The notes beneath the pieces were generated by a model. That model did not search any database and was not told the origin of the DNA. It saw only the letters and a list, made by a program, of their open reading frames with translations. From the NCBI RefSeq assembly GCF_009914755.1, contig NC_060932.1: a stretch of 64,000 nucleotides of DNA, one strand, 5' to 3'. How positions within the stretch are numbered: position 1 is the stretch's first letter; every line of letters begins with the position of its first letter. Source of the DNA: the human T2T-CHM13v2.0 reference genome, Homo sapiens. The position numbers were made by a program, and so were the translations under genes. Shown in pieces: positions 48,816 through 62,480 of this stretch.

Positions 48816-51800
48816 GGAGGAACCTGAGAATCCTAAACCACCAGATCCTCCTGAACACTCCAGGCTGGCAAAAGGACACCACTATCTCCTTATTCAAAGA
48901 AAAACTTCCAGTTGCCTAGACACCTTGAAAAGGCCTCACCTGAAGAATATGCCTTACAAAGTGATACTTTTTCTTCTCAAGATCCACCACCACTCACTCC
49001 TTTTTGCCAATACCAATAACTTGGGTCTCTTCTCAGCACAGTCTGAACAAGGATCCAGGAGGTACTGTCCTGGCAAAGAGATTCTGGAACCAGTCCTAAC
49101 CTACTGCTGGGATGGTTCATTGAAGGCGGTACACAATAACAGTGCAGAGTAAATGAGGTGGAGATGCCAGAACTGTTTAGACAGAACAATGAAGGAGCCA
49201 AAAGGCTGAAGGAAGTGAAAACGTTAGAATGGATTTATTATGCGAGAGCAAACCCCACTAACTGCCTGTTCATTTGAAGGACCCATAGAAACTCCTTTAC
49301 TAAGGCCATGAAGGCTCTGCTGAAGATGAACAGATTTGAGAAGCCCAGTGGAGGCTTCCATCTGTTGTTGTGATAGTAGAGTCCGCTACCTTGGCACTGG
49401 GCTGCTTTGTATTGGCATGTTTATAAAATGATCCCAGAAGAACAAAGGCCCACGGGCAGCACTTAATTTTCAGAAGCAAAGTAGATGTGACTATCATAAT
49501 GGAAAGAGCCAGGTAGAAATCAAGATGCCTTTACCTGAAGGGATCTATGGTAATGAATCATAGATTAGAATATTCCAGGGGACAAGATAGATGGACAGCC
49601 CACAAGAGTGCTATTCAATTTGAATTAACGTAAATCCCTCCCTTCCCTGACATGCCCAAAATTGAGAACTGTCCAATGTCAGCTAACACAATGAAAAACT
49701 AGTCCTTCACCAAATTTCCGGATCTAAATTAGTTTACAGACCCAGAGGTTATTGATCAAAGGGCAGGCTTGGTTTCCTTGAGGAAGGACTCTATAATATC
49801 ATCATTTGTATATGTAAGAAATATCTCCCCAGATAAATTTTCCAGAGTAGCTGTGCAAGAGGAAAATAGAACATCTAGACCTTTCAAGGACAGTTGAATA
49901 CAGGGTCTGAGCTGACACCATTCAGGGTCCCAAAATACCATCCAGGAGCTCCAGTGGAGTGGAGGCTCACAGAATCCAAGTAATAAACAGATTTCTGATA
50001 CAAGTTCATTCCACAGTGAGTTCATTGAGTCCACAGACGTATTTCCCAATTCTCAAGTATATAATTGGGATAGATATACTAAACAGCTGGCAGATGTTGT
50101 TATTCCCTGACCTATGGAATATGAGTCAAAATTATAGGAAACTCCTAAGATTGCCTCCACCCTTGCCAAGATAATAAAGCATAGATCATAATGCATTCCA
50201 GAAGGAATTCTGGAGACAGCCCTACCACCAGACATGCAGGATACAGGGACGATAGTTCCTACATATTCTTATTCAATTCACTTGTATGGGACCAGAAATA
50301 ATAAAACCTATTAGTTGTGGTAGAAGACAGTGGACTCTTATAAACGTCACCAAATATTATGATCACCCTCACAGCTCCTCTGCTGGATGTAAAATCCTTA
50401 TGAAACAGATCAACAGAGGCTTTGGTACTGGTCTGAGGCTACCAACTTGGTGAATGTGTTCTCCAATTGTACCACGAAGGAGGATCAAAGGCAGTTTTCT
50501 CTTTTGTAGGAAGGACAACATTATACATTCACTTAATTTTTCCAGGGCTATATAAGTCTCCTGCTCTCAGACACAATGTAGTCAGCAGGAACCTTCATCA
50601 CATTAGCATTCCTCAGAACATCATATTGGTCTACAATATTGATGATATCATGTTAATAAGATCTGGTGAAAAGGAAGTAGTAAGTACTCTAGATCTCTGG
50701 CAGGATAAATACATGTCAGAGGACTGGAGATAAACCACAGGAAAAATTAGCTGCTTACCATGTTAGTGATGCTTTTAGGAGTCCAGTGGTCTAAGATAGG
50801 CTGGGACATCCCCTCTAAGGATGAGCAGATTTTATATCTTGTACCTTTTACTATCAAGAAGGAGCCATGGCACTTAGTGTGTCATTGTGGATTTTGAAGG
50901 TAACATGCTGACTACATTTGGAAATAGTTCTCCTTTGGGTTTATCTGGAGACTGAAAAGACTGACAGTTTTGAATGAGGCCCAGAGCAAGAGAAAATCCT
51001 GCAGCAGGTCTTGTTTGTGGTATCAACTCTCCTGCAACCTGGGCCACATGACCTGGCAGAGTCAATGATGCCCTCTGATAGATAAGTATGCCATTTGGAA
51101 TCTCTGGCAAACCTCAATAGAAGAGACACACAGATGCCTTCCATGGTAGAGAATGACTTACTATTTAAAAGACACCACCTGGAGTGCTGTTGGATCCTGG
51201 TAAAGACTGAGTACCTAACAACAGGCAACCTGGTAAGTGAAGCCATCAAACACGAGCTAGGTATTATCAGATTCTCCTAATCGCAACATCGGGTGGGTAC
51301 AGCAGCAATCCACTAGACACTGGACAATAGAAATGATCTGTTCTGGATCAGGCCCAAGCAGGAGATATAAGTAAGTTAATGAAGGTGTGCCTCAACATAT
51401 TAGTGATGCTTTTTCTGAAGCTCATGACTATGGCCCCACATGATGAGAGTTTTCCTACGACTACATGATGAAGGCAGAAAAAGCCTGAGAGCTGGTCCAC
51501 AATATGTTGTTTTTTACCTCCTGCTATGCTGATTTGAGCTGAAAATGGACTGCTACATCAATACAGCCCCATCTAGACTTGGCACTAAAGGACAGTAGTG
51601 AGAGTGAATCCTCTACACTGGAAGTATGAGCAGTACACTGGATCATTCCCTTTGCAGGAATGGAGAAGTACCTCAAAATAACGACAGACACAGATCTTTG
51701 AGGACTCCTAAAAGGCATGGATGCTTGGTCATCGGCTAGGAAAGAGAAAGATTAGATCAGAGACAAGGGGAGCTGGGAAAGAAGTATGTAGATGTACCCA

Positions 51801-52520
51801 TGGAAGTGGTCAAAATCCATGTTGATCTTTTTATCTAATGTTAATAATGTCCACCACAGACCATCCATTGCAGAAGCAGCACTTAACTGGGTGGACAAGA
51901 TGATGCATCCACTGGTTGTCAGCAAGCCTCTACCCTTAGCCACTCTTGTGACTATGCAATAGAGCCATGAACTGAGTAGCCATGGTGACAGAGGTGAAGG
52001 CTATGCATGGGCTCTAAGTTTGGGGTCCCTCTGATCAAGGCTAGACTATCTTTTGATACTGTTCAATGTCCAAACTGCCAGCAAAAGACCAACACTATGT
52101 CCCTTTATATAGCACTAACGCCCAAAGAGATCTTCCATCACTTTGTAGCAACTTGATTACATCACACCTCTTTCATTTTAGAGGGGTTATCAGTTCACCC
52201 TTAAATAAACTGACACTTATTCCAGATATGTCTTAACCTTCCCTGCCTGCTGTATGTCTCTCAGGACCATCACCCAAGGGCTTTCTGCATGCCTGATTTA
52301 TGGACATGGGATTCCGCTCAGCACTGTCCATTAAAGGGATGCATTTTACAGTATAGAAGTTATAATAGTGGACCACTGCCCATGAAATCTTACCATATCA
52401 CTCAGAAGCAACCAGACCAATATAATGATGGGGGAAGACCTATTAAAGGCTCAGCTAAGCCATCTGCTTGGGGACAACACTTTGTCCTCAAGGAGGAGAT
52501 AAATGCTTTAAACTGATGGC
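48816..52520 (+). mobile_element. Decayed ERVL internal region (gag-pro-pol relic)
   Basis: Gag-like (ttagaatggatttattatg, ggacaagatagatggacagccc) and protease-like (tttcaaggacagttgaatacagggtctgagctgaca) segments, then RT, RNase H and integrase remnants. Confidence 0.85.
50250..52440 (+). pseudogene. ERVL pol pseudogene (RT, RNase H, integrase; frameshifted)
   Basis: The ORF at 50467-50733 reads SPALRHNVVSRNL..IPQNIILVYNIDDIMLI, the RT motif-C region (YIDD decayed to NIDD). Upstream KTVD.YK and LVNVFS segments are RT-like. Integrase HHCC-like HELSSHGDRGEGYAWA (51965) and CPNCQQ (52067); QLDYI (~52148) and DTYS (~52212). Confidence 0.85.
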
Positions 52521-55500
52521 TGGTATATCTCTGCTCTTCACAACTGAAAATGGGATCACTGTTAACATTGCTTTCATATGTAGCCAAATATATTTGTTTT
52601 TATACCAGAAGAAAATGCCATGTTTGTTTTAGCTATTCATACTGAATCCCTAGTATCTAGAAGAATGTGTGGCAACTAGAAAACACTTAAAAAATACTGC
52701 TGATGCAATGTATACACAACATTTAGTATATTAAATGCTAATATACTATATGCTACAATACTAAATGCTATAATACATTTAGTATAATAAAAGGTTATTA
52801 TCACAATTATGATTATTCATGCATTGTATGCCATAGATAAAGACATCTTTAGTCTGGTTGTCTCTGTTTTAACCATGATACCACCTAAAAAGCCTCCTTG
52901 TTCATATGTTTGTTCAAAGGAAATTAGCCTAGGAAAGACGGCTGCTGCTGCTCTTCCCAGCCTCTCACAGCTGCACTGATCAATATGGAACTGGGCTTGA
53001 GAAGGCCATTATGGGGCCTCCTACATTTCACCCTGCTTGTGGTCTCAAAACTTGGATTCACCAGTCAGCCTTTTCCTGGGCACCCTGTTGACATCCAAAC
53101 TTGAGAGAATCCTCAATATGCATGAACACTGTAATTACACAGACTTAAACTTCTCCATTCTGAGATAATTACAGAAATGAACTATGTTTCTCAAGCAAAT
53201 CAGACTGTACAGATACAGGGAAGGGTGTCTTGGTGGGCATAAGGGATCTCAGACTTATTCTGGCTACATGCCCAAAATTGGCAATACAACGAGCCCTTTG
53301 CCTTAGCAGAGAGAAACCTCCTGTTAGAATCCTTATGGGAAATGCGTACAAGCAATTCCTACCCTCAGAAACAGGAATCCTGCTGGCAGTTTGTTCTGTT
53401 TAAAAGAAAAACAGAAAAGAGAAAAAGAGCTGATGTGGCTTCATCAAGACCTATATCCTGGACTTCATAAAAATAAAAAAAAAGCAAATGAAACAATTCC
53501 TGATTTGTGCCCTGAAGGGGTTTTGCAGTTTTCTTATTCTATCTTGCACAGAAGTTCTGAGCTCAGAAAAAAAATAAGGAAAATAAATCTAATGAATAAA
53601 ATATTGAAGGGGTTGCAATTCTTGAGAACCAAAAACAAAAGAAAAATCACTTCCTCAGCTGGTTTGGGTTTGAGGGACTGGGATTCAACTTACAAACATC
53701 TTTGAGTGATGCAGCTCATGACCCTCTTTCTTTCTACTCTAATCCCATAGTTTGTACTTAGAGATCAGTCCATTTGCAGCCTAGTCTGGAAAATCAGTGT
53801 TGTCATAGAAAAGGTGAGGTAAGATGCAAGTTGGGACACTAAGACATCTTTTGTAGAGAGGTGAGAAAACATTTCAGTAGCATCAGTGTCACCATAATGT
53901 AGGAGGACACGAGCGGGGGCATCTCGGACACAGAAACTCCAAAAAGCCTCAAGACCTGAGGTGATTCAGGCAATTGCCAGTGTCTATCTGAACTGTGGCA
54001 CACAGGGATGAAGATCCCAGTGGTGAATGATATCTGGAAGAGGCAAAGAGCAATAGACACTAGGTTTGTCCATGTGGATTTCTCACAATTAGGTAGAAAT
54101 ATAGGGGAGCAGAATTCAGCTTTGGAACAGAAACCTTGTAAGAGCCAGGCATTCACGGCAATACCCTAAGCTTGACTTGGTGTCTAATCAGGGACATTAA
54201 GCAGAAACTATGAAGGTCAAAATAAAAACAAAGAAGTTCTTACCCTTGGCTGGGACCCATATATAAGTGGAAGGAAAAAGGCTGTTGTTTAGGGCTCCAC
54301 AGATGCTCATTCCTGGTACATGGGGTCCTGAGCCAGGTTGGCATTAAGGTAGCTCAGAGGGCATGTGGCATCCCATCAATCATAGCTCAGACACTGGACT
54401 TGGGGTCTGAGACATGAGACTTAGTTCCAAGGGCCACTGGATGGGGGTAGAGAGGGTGAGGCTTCCAGCATACTTCTTGCTCTCATCAGGAGTGTCTCAG
54501 GATCTGAGATGAGCATTGATTCACAAATGGGGCCTGGCTGCTCTTGTTTATGGAGGGCATAGTATATACCAGGCATTAGATGATATAAATCTGTTATCTC
54601 ACTTGTTTCCAGGAAATGCAATTGGGAAGCTGAAGAAGATTATAGTATTTCTGGCAGTCAAGATTTGGAAAGTTACCTACTAAGAAGCTACAATATGCTC
54701 AAGATACTACTATATCAGAATAATTTTTACCTAATTAAGAGAATGAAAATTTTATTTACTCAACCAAATAGTGAGTTAATATATAGGAAATATATGTTCT
54801 GTATCAAACAGAATAGAAAACAATGGCATTGAGATGTATACCAGTGCTCTCATAATGACTGACCTGTCATGTGTAATTGTGTGTTATTTTCTATATACAC
54901 TCCATCTGAATGAGCAATAAAACTAGCTTGAGGAAGAATAGTTTCTTCTCTGATCATTGTATTTCTTCAGGATTTCTCATTGCTCTCAGACATGCTACTT
55001 GTGATTTTCAGTTAAACTTGACACATTAGCTTTGCTAATATTTTAAACTTACTAAATTTGTTCATGTCCTCTTTCCTGTGTGTCTTCCCTCACTTTTACC
55101 TTGTGTATTAAGTACCACAAAAGAATATTGTCTGAAACAAATGGCATGCAATCCTTGGAGGATAGATTTCCATGCTACTATAGAGTGAACGTCTTCCATA
55201 GTGAAAGGCTTATATTTAATATGTGAATTGTGCCAGAGGTGGTTCAGCCAGGTAAAATGCTGGTATTACCTTGAAAACATGGGCGTATCCATCTTCCACT
55301 GAGCTGTGTGTTCTGGTTTGGGCTTTTGTTGATATGGTTTTGATGCCAAAGCAGGAAAAGCTGTTTCCTGATAAAAAGCAGAAACCAGACTCCTTGGTGC
55401 CATTGTTCATTACTGCCTGATCAGACAGGGAGAGTATGATATAATCTGACAGCTGAGAAAGTTGTGCGCTCCTCACCCACTAAGCACATGTATCTTTTTG

Positions 55501-57339
55501 AAGAACCCTGCTGAAAGCTTGCACTCTGAGCCCTGAAGCCAGATTTTGCTAAAGTTCTGTGATTCCACCATGGTTCCCTGATGAAGTAAAATATATTGTG
55601 TATAGACTGCAAGCTAGGATTGTACTGCTGAAATTTGAGATCTAAATATAAGTAATCTAAACTACAAGTAGTCTACATTACTGTGCCTGTAAAAGTTTAC
55701 CTTGTGACACCTGGATTTAATATATCCTGACAATAGGTGCAGTTTGTTCAGAGAACGACCTTCAACTTTATATAGAAGATAAATGCCTGATTGTAGGTTA
55801 TCTACATGCGTTTTGGATGGAGAGAGCAGAGGCAGGAATGCCAATGCAAATGTTAAACATACCCTTTCTATTGTTTTATTAGGACTATACATTATTAAAT
55901 GGGACCTTCTTTACTCTTAATGTTTCTATTAGAGTAACATTCTTGGCTTCCTCTGCATCCTCACTAATTTTTCCTAATGGGAGGAGGATTAAAGTATCTG
56001 AATAGCAAATTTAGGAACAAAAACTGGTCATGTTTGACTGAGTCCCTTCCCTTTGCCTTTCTTCTTTGGATCTATGTGATTTTAGGAAAATATACTCTAC
56101 TTTGTTCTTGGTCATACAAAGAGCTTCACAGTAGCAACCTTGTCCTTTTGTTGTGGAAAATCAGTGGTTGACCAGTGCTACTTGACATTGAGTGAATAAG
56201 TCTGTATTAATGTGGCTACATATTAGGAAGCCCATTGTTTTCTCACAGGGCCTAAGCCTCAATTTCCAGTAATTCCATCAATAATGAAGTAGGAATCTTT
56301 ATGTTTGTCTGCTTAAATTTTTGTCTTTCTCAGTGAAATCAGAACTCAGGCAAGAAACACGATAATATACTCTATTAGGTTGCCTAAAACCCCAATATAT
56401 TCCATCAGTAATTTTCATGTTGTACAGGTTTGTTAATTTATGTCCTTTAGTTAACCTCTAAACAGCACCATAAAGATGATTTTAAAGGGTGACAATTACA
56501 TTTCTAATGATGTAGTCCTCTTATAATCTCTCCCCTCATAATATCCCCTTATTTTTATCTAGCCATAAGGAATCTCTTATAGACACCTTTGAGATATGGT
56601 TGATGTATGATCAAGGAGTAACTCTAGGATTATAGAGAGTTTGGCCAAGGGAAAATTTTTAGAAAATAATCAAAGGGTGTTCCACTTCATTTCAAAGTAA
56701 AATTTAGACACATTTTTTTAAGCTGTGAGGTTTTATAAAATGAAAGGTAAAACTTCTAAAAAGCAATTAGATATTTTATTTCAGAAACCAGAAGCCTTGG
56801 GGCAGGGTTAGGGAGGGAAGCTGAAACATAAAGTAAGCATTCTGGAATGAAAATCCTCCCACATCTAATTTGACACGGCTTGGAAATACACACATTTGGC
56901 ACTCAGTGTGTATGGACAAAAGCAGAATCAGACTTTCACCTAGGTTTGAGGTAGATAAAGCAGCAAAGATCAGTAATCCAAAAGTAGATCACCAAGTTTT
57001 CAGAGGCTTGATTTTTCTCAGCAGTATTCCTTGCCTCTTTCTTTAGAATAATCATAAGTTAGGTAACTAAAATGACATGTTTTGAAGGTCTATTTCAAAG
57101 AAAGCTTTCAGCTCTCCATTTATATGGATTTAAGACATGTCATTAACATTTATACTAAAATACATCCCATTAGGATAAAAATCACACAGCTTTTATGGGT
57201 AAACTTTTAATGAGGTTTTCTCAAATGCAATGTAGTGTTTTTAAAGAGTTTATAATTAAATTACTAGTCTCCCATGTTTGAGTCCAAATCATTTTCCAAA
57301 AGTAGTTTATCTTGATAAACATCCTTTAAAATATTTCCT

Positions 57340-58242
57340 GATGAAAAGTCTAACCTCCAGAATCTATAAAAAACTTAAACAATTAAACAAACACAAAATG
57401 AACAACCGCATTAAAAAATGGCCAAAGGACATGAAGAGACACTTCTCAAAAGAAGACATACAAGTAGCCAACAAACCAGAAAAAAAATGCTCTGCATCAT
57501 TATCATCAGAGAAATGCAAAACCACAAAGTGATCATCTCATACTGGTCATAATGGCATTATTAAAAAGTCAAAAAACAATAGATGATAGCAAGGCTGTAC
57601 AGAAAAGGGAAAGCTTATACACCATCGGTGGGAATGTAAATTAGTTCAGTCTCTGTGGAAAGTAGTTTAGAGATATCTCAAAGAATTTAAAACAGAACTA
57701 CCATTTGACTGAAGAGTCCCATTACTGGATATATATCCAAAAGAAAACAAATCATTCTACCAAAAAGACACAGGCTATGTTCATTGCAGCACTATTCACA
57801 ACAGCAAAGACATAGAATCAACCTAGGTTCTCATCAATAGTGGATTGGATGAAGAAAGTGTGGTACATATACATTATGGAATACTACACAGCCATAAAAA
57901 AGAATGAAATCATGTCCTTAACAGCAACATAGATGTAACTAGAGGCCATTATTTTAAGTGAATTAATGAAGAAACAGGAAACCAAATACTGCATGTTCTC
58001 ACTTATAAGTGGGAGCTAAACATTGGGTACTCATGGACATAAAGATGGGAACAACAGAAACTGGGGACCCCTAGAGAGTGGAGAGAGGAAGAGGGAAAAG
58101 GGCTGTAAAATTACCTATGGTGTACTACACTCAGTACCCAGGTGACAGGATCATTCATAACCCAAACTTCAGTATCGCTCAATATACCCAGGTAGCATAC
58201 CTGCACAAATACCCCCTGAATCTAAAATAAAAGTTGAGAAAT
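57340..58242 (+). mobile_element. L1PA15/16- or L1PB-like 5'-truncated LINE-1
   Basis: ccagaatctataaaaaacttaaacaa...ttctcacttataagtgggagctaaacattgggtac...cccctgaatctaaaataaaagttg. Perfect 11-bp TSD aaatatttcct (57329-57339 / 58243-58253). Confidence 0.92.
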
Positions 58243-58743
58243 AAATATTTCCTCAAGGTTAAACACAAATTTAAAATATTACCTTAATATCACATGTAAT
58301 GTACAATATGTAATGTTAACAATATAATCAGTTCTCAAAGTGAAGAAAAGCTTTTGTGGATAAGAAAAAAATTTGTGATTCAGGATAGTATATCTCGCTT
58401 TTAAAACAGTGCATTTTAAAAATAAAACCTTTTTAATAAAGACATTCTTTTCATCTTCTAAAAGTTTTTAAAACATATTTTGTGTTATAAAAGGATACAT
58501 GCCAAACTGTTCCCATTGTTACATCAGTGAGCTGAAACTGAAACAAAATGGGGGGGAGATTTTTAGAATTTTTCTTTTAGTTAAAAATGTATAGAATCAA
58601 ATTTTTTCAAAAATTCACACACTGGATTGTGTTTATTCAAAGTTTCCTAAGAATTTAAGAATTTTTAAAGTGTTTTTATTGTAGGCTGGATAAAAGAAAT
58701 CAGTGTTAATACCTATATTGTCATTTCACACCTCTAACTAACA

Positions 58744-59461
58744 CAGGTACACAATCTCTTACCTGAAATTCTTGGGCAATTGTATTTCACAGAATTTGGA
58801 AATTTGGGGCTTTTTGACTAGTATATTAGTCCATTTTCACACTGCTATAAAGATACTACCTGAGACTGGGTAATTTATAAACAAAAAAGCTTTAATTGAC
58901 TCACAGTTACACATGGCTTGAGAGGCCTCAGGAAACTTACAATCATGGCAGAAGGGAAAGGGGAAGCAAGGCACATCTTACGTGGCATCAGGAGAGAGAG
59001 AGCCAGTGAAGGAGAAAGTGCCAGACTTTTAAACATCTCTCTTGAGAACTCACTTGCTATCATGAGAACCGCATTGGAGAAACCACCCCCAAAATCTAAT
59101 TACCTTCCTCCAAGTCCCTCTCTCAACACATGGGGATTACAATTAGAGATAAGATTTGGGTGGGGACACAGAGCAAAACTATATCAACTAGGAATACGGT
59201 ACATGGACTGAATGATATAAAACTATTCCATCAGAGCCTAGAATAAAACCCTATAATTAAACACATTCAAATTTCTACAGTAAAACATATAAAATTCATA
59301 ATGCTTGCAATTAAGACAACAATAACATTCATACTATGTGTGATACATAAAAGGTCTAAATAACCTCAGGTGAGGTTTTGTCACCAAATGAGTTACAAAA
59401 CAACTTTGGGTTTTCCATAGTTTGGGGATTTCAAAATTATAAAGAAGAGATTATTGTCTTG
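58744..59461. mobile_element. TcMar-Tigger-like DNA transposon split by a THE1 LTR
   Basis: Imperfect terminal inverted repeats caggtacacaatctctt...gaaatt / aagagattattgtcttg, followed by TA. Confidence 0.55.
58822..59186 (-). mobile_element. THE1D/MSTA-like MaLR solo LTR
   Basis: tatattagtccattttcacactgctataaaga...gaggcctcaggaaacttacaatcatggcagaagg...gatttgggtggggacacagagcaaaactatatca. Perfect 5-bp TSD actag/actag. Confidence 0.93.
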
Positions 59462-59479
59462 TAATAGTAATAAGTATTA

Positions 59480-59670
59480 ACAATAATTATGCCAAGCAGT
59501 TATATATATTATTTCATTTCATCCTCTCAGCAACTCTCTTAGGATACAGCTATCATAGTTTTGACTTAAATATAAAGAAACAGAGATATGCTAGCTATTA
59601 AGGATGGAACCAGGATTTGAATTCAGGCATTCTGTATCCAGAGCCCATGGTTGTAACTACTGTACTTTAC
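59480..59670 (-). mobile_element. MIR SINE
   Basis: attatttcatttcatcctctcagcaactct...ggaaccaggatttgaattcaggca.tctg..tccagagccc. Confidence 0.75.
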
Positions 59671-60652
59671 CATCTTCCTTTCTAAAGGAAGTGTTGGCCT
59701 CAACAAAGAAAGAATCTGACCCCACATATCATTGGTGTTGCCATTATGAATGGTCAAAGCCAGTGGCTGTGACCTTGAACAATAACTACATCACATTTTT
59801 TCCCAAGACAAAGTCTCCTACCAACTCTGCCTTCCTCTCCCCTGTGCCTAGTGCAAAGCTTGGCATCCAGTACACCCTGACTACTGTTGATGGCCTGACT
59901 GATGCTTTCTTTGGGGCCCTCACACAGAGGTGAGGCCATGACAGGAAGAAGAAAGTACAGAGTCCATTTATGCTCCATTGCAGAATTGCTTCCTTCTCTC
60001 TCACCCACCTGTGTAGTTTAAAATCCCATCATGGATGGAAGATGTGTTTGAGCCTGTGCCTCTTCAGGCTCTAGATCAAGAGATAAGAATTGTGTTTATT
60101 TATCTATACATGAATAGTCTAAATAATGAGTGTCTATTTACTGTGATCTTCAAAATGAAAACACATCAATGTATAAGCATGTAAAATCCACATGTTGCCT
60201 AGAAATTAACACTACTGAGGATCATTTTGTCTCCTAAAGCAAGATATATATATCTATTCAACCTCCTTTACAAAGGAAGATAATTCATATGGAAAGCTGA
60301 GAGGGGCCTCTTTAAAGAGTTCAAAGGCCCATTCTAAAGGTATAGAAACAAGCAGTTTGATCCTTTTTGCTAAGACTCTTTGTAACTCACAAATAGTCCT
60401 TCTTCCAATTTCTATACTCTATAAATCCCCTTTATGTACCACTTTCATATTAACCCCCACAAAATAACACTTTTGATCATGTCATCTTCTAGAAAACCTT
60501 TAGCTGTTTCTTATTTGTTAATATATTACATGATCCCCATCCAAAAACAATGTCTCCCATAAGACATTCCAAATTCTCCTGTCTTCTCTCCCATTAGGTC
60601 CCTACTCTATATTCCAGACAAGCAATGTATTGCTCCCTCTGTTGGCCTCATA

Positions 60653-61240
60653 TGTAACACCTTGCTTGCTTTCTGGCTGGCATAGTCCTAGCGAAGGTTT
60701 GCACTTTCCCCTAGGTCATGGAGGCAGGTCACTGTCACTACTACTACCACTACAGACTGAAGAGCCCTGCTTATGGCACTGGCTGGCAAAGAGAGATAGG
60801 CATGCATGCTCCCTGGCCAGACTGAAGGCATGGAGGCTCTTACTTTCCCAGCAACGACTCAAGAGGCTGGGGTGACACAACTCAGAAGTGCAGGGGAGTT
60901 AATGTCCAAGGAATGAATTGGTCAGTAGAACAAAAGTGAAAGGCATTGAGTAGATTTATCTCCCTTCTTCATCCTTCCCTACCATGTAAACTGTTCTGAG
61001 ACATGGAAATTCATAGATGCTCCAGGAAAATGCCACACCAGATGCAGGAGCCAGCTGTCCTTGTTACGCAACTTGGGCCAGCCTGGGACATGCCCCCCTC
61101 ATATGTGCACACCTTCCATCTCTGCCTCATGCCCTTTTCTCCCTCTTTTCTGCTTCCCTGATATTGCACCACCCCGTGAAGTATTAGCACACAGTTTTTT
61201 TTTCTCCGATTCTGTTGTCTAGGGAAACTGGACTATGACA
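60653..61240 (+). mobile_element. LTR16-family ERVL solo LTR inserted in an L2
   Basis: ctcagaagtgcaggggagttaatgtcc...ccttttctccctcttttctgcttccctga.attgcac...tctgttgtctagggaaactggactatgaca. Confidence 0.6.
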
Positions 61241-61926
61241 TACCCCAAATTTCTTAGCATTCCTTTTAGTGCCTGGTCTCTATGCTGTTTTCTTGCCTGG
61301 TGCCCATGTGCCCCACCACTACCCTCAAAAAAATTACAGCCATCCTTCAAGATATATTATTGACATCAATATAAATTAATTTTGTGATCCTCCAATCAGA
61401 TATGATTTCTTCTTACTAAAAAATCCCCACTATATTTTGTTTGGACTTTTCTATAATATGTATCTCATTCTGTCATATGCATTATTTAATGTCGCATTCT
61501 TCCTTTTGGAGGTTGAGCTTCATGAAGGCAGATATTATGTGCTATTAATTTTGGGCATCTTGCCATGCTGTGTCTGCATATGAAGTTCTCAGTACAAGTC
61601 CCTTTCAAGTATGATCTGTGTTCTATCAGCTGGTCTAGCTTCAACCCTTCATTCTTAGTCACCCACCCAAAGCTAAGCTTTAGCCAGTACAAACAATGAG
61701 CAGATTCCTAAAATTCACATAATATTTCACGCTGCTATCTTTGTCACTGCCATTCCCAAAGCACCACTCTCATTTCTTCATGCCCAGAAATTCCTTTAAA
61801 TCTTTCAAAACTGAAATCAAGTGTCACACATCAACTCTTCTTTGAAGCTTTCACTAACACCCAGGCTTCTCCTCCTAGAATTTATTAAATGCCAATATAA
61901 CTCCATTATGACCATTGTATGTATTT

Positions 61927-62363
61927 AGTGGTCAGAAAACTATTTTTGTAAAGGATCAAATAATAAAATTTTTTATATTTTCCCACACATTATTTATTTA
62001 ATTAGTTCAACTATTAATTACTACTAATTGCCACTGGTACTTTATGCTATTACTGTTTTGTTTAAATGCTGAAATAATAGCATTTATGTAACAGAATATT
62101 AAATAACAGAATAATACATAATTTCAAATACCTGTTTTTTACATTTGTATGTTAAAGTCATAACTAACAGTGGACAGTTATATAATATATACTATAATAG
62201 TAAATATTTTTACTTTCCCAGGCTATGCCATCCTCATTCCATCTACTCAACTCTGCCATTTTAACACAAAAGGAGACAGACAATACATAATAAATGGGTC
62301 AATAAACTACAAAAACAGGCAGTGGGTAGATTTGGTCCACAGGCCATAATCTGCCAACTCCTG
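61927..62363 (+). mobile_element. MER58-family hAT DNA transposon
   Basis: ggtcagaaaactatttttgtaaagg...atagtaaatatttt...ctactcaactctgccatt...acaaaaacaggcagtgggtagatttggtccacaggccataatctgccaactcctg. Confidence 0.75.
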
Positions 62364-62394
62364 GAATAACCCACTGCAATTCCTTAAATATCAA

Positions 62395-62480
62395 TAAGCT
62401 TTTTATTCTTAGAATCTACAATAATGTTTGGCACTTATTAGGTGTTCAATGAGTATTTGTTGCATGAGTGAATTAAATAA
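62395..62480 (+). mobile_element. L2 LINE 3' end
   Basis: aatgtttggcacttattaggtgttcaatgagtatttgttgcatgagtgaat. Confidence 0.7.

Noticed and set aside
50467-50733. Possible domesticated reverse transcriptase
   Set aside because: The catalytic YIDD has decayed to NIDD, and the surrounding pol has many stops and frameshifts. It is a dead ERVL relic.
58755-58770. Strong minus-strand donor CAG|GTAAGAG
   Set aside because: It lies within the terminal repeat of a Tigger-like transposon, and I found no convincing partner acceptor.
60653-61240. LTR16-like element as the 3' LTR of the ERVL relic at 48580-52520
   Set aside because: It is separated by ~8 kb of non-retroviral sequence, sits inside an L2, and has no adjoining internal sequence. 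A solo LTR is more likely.
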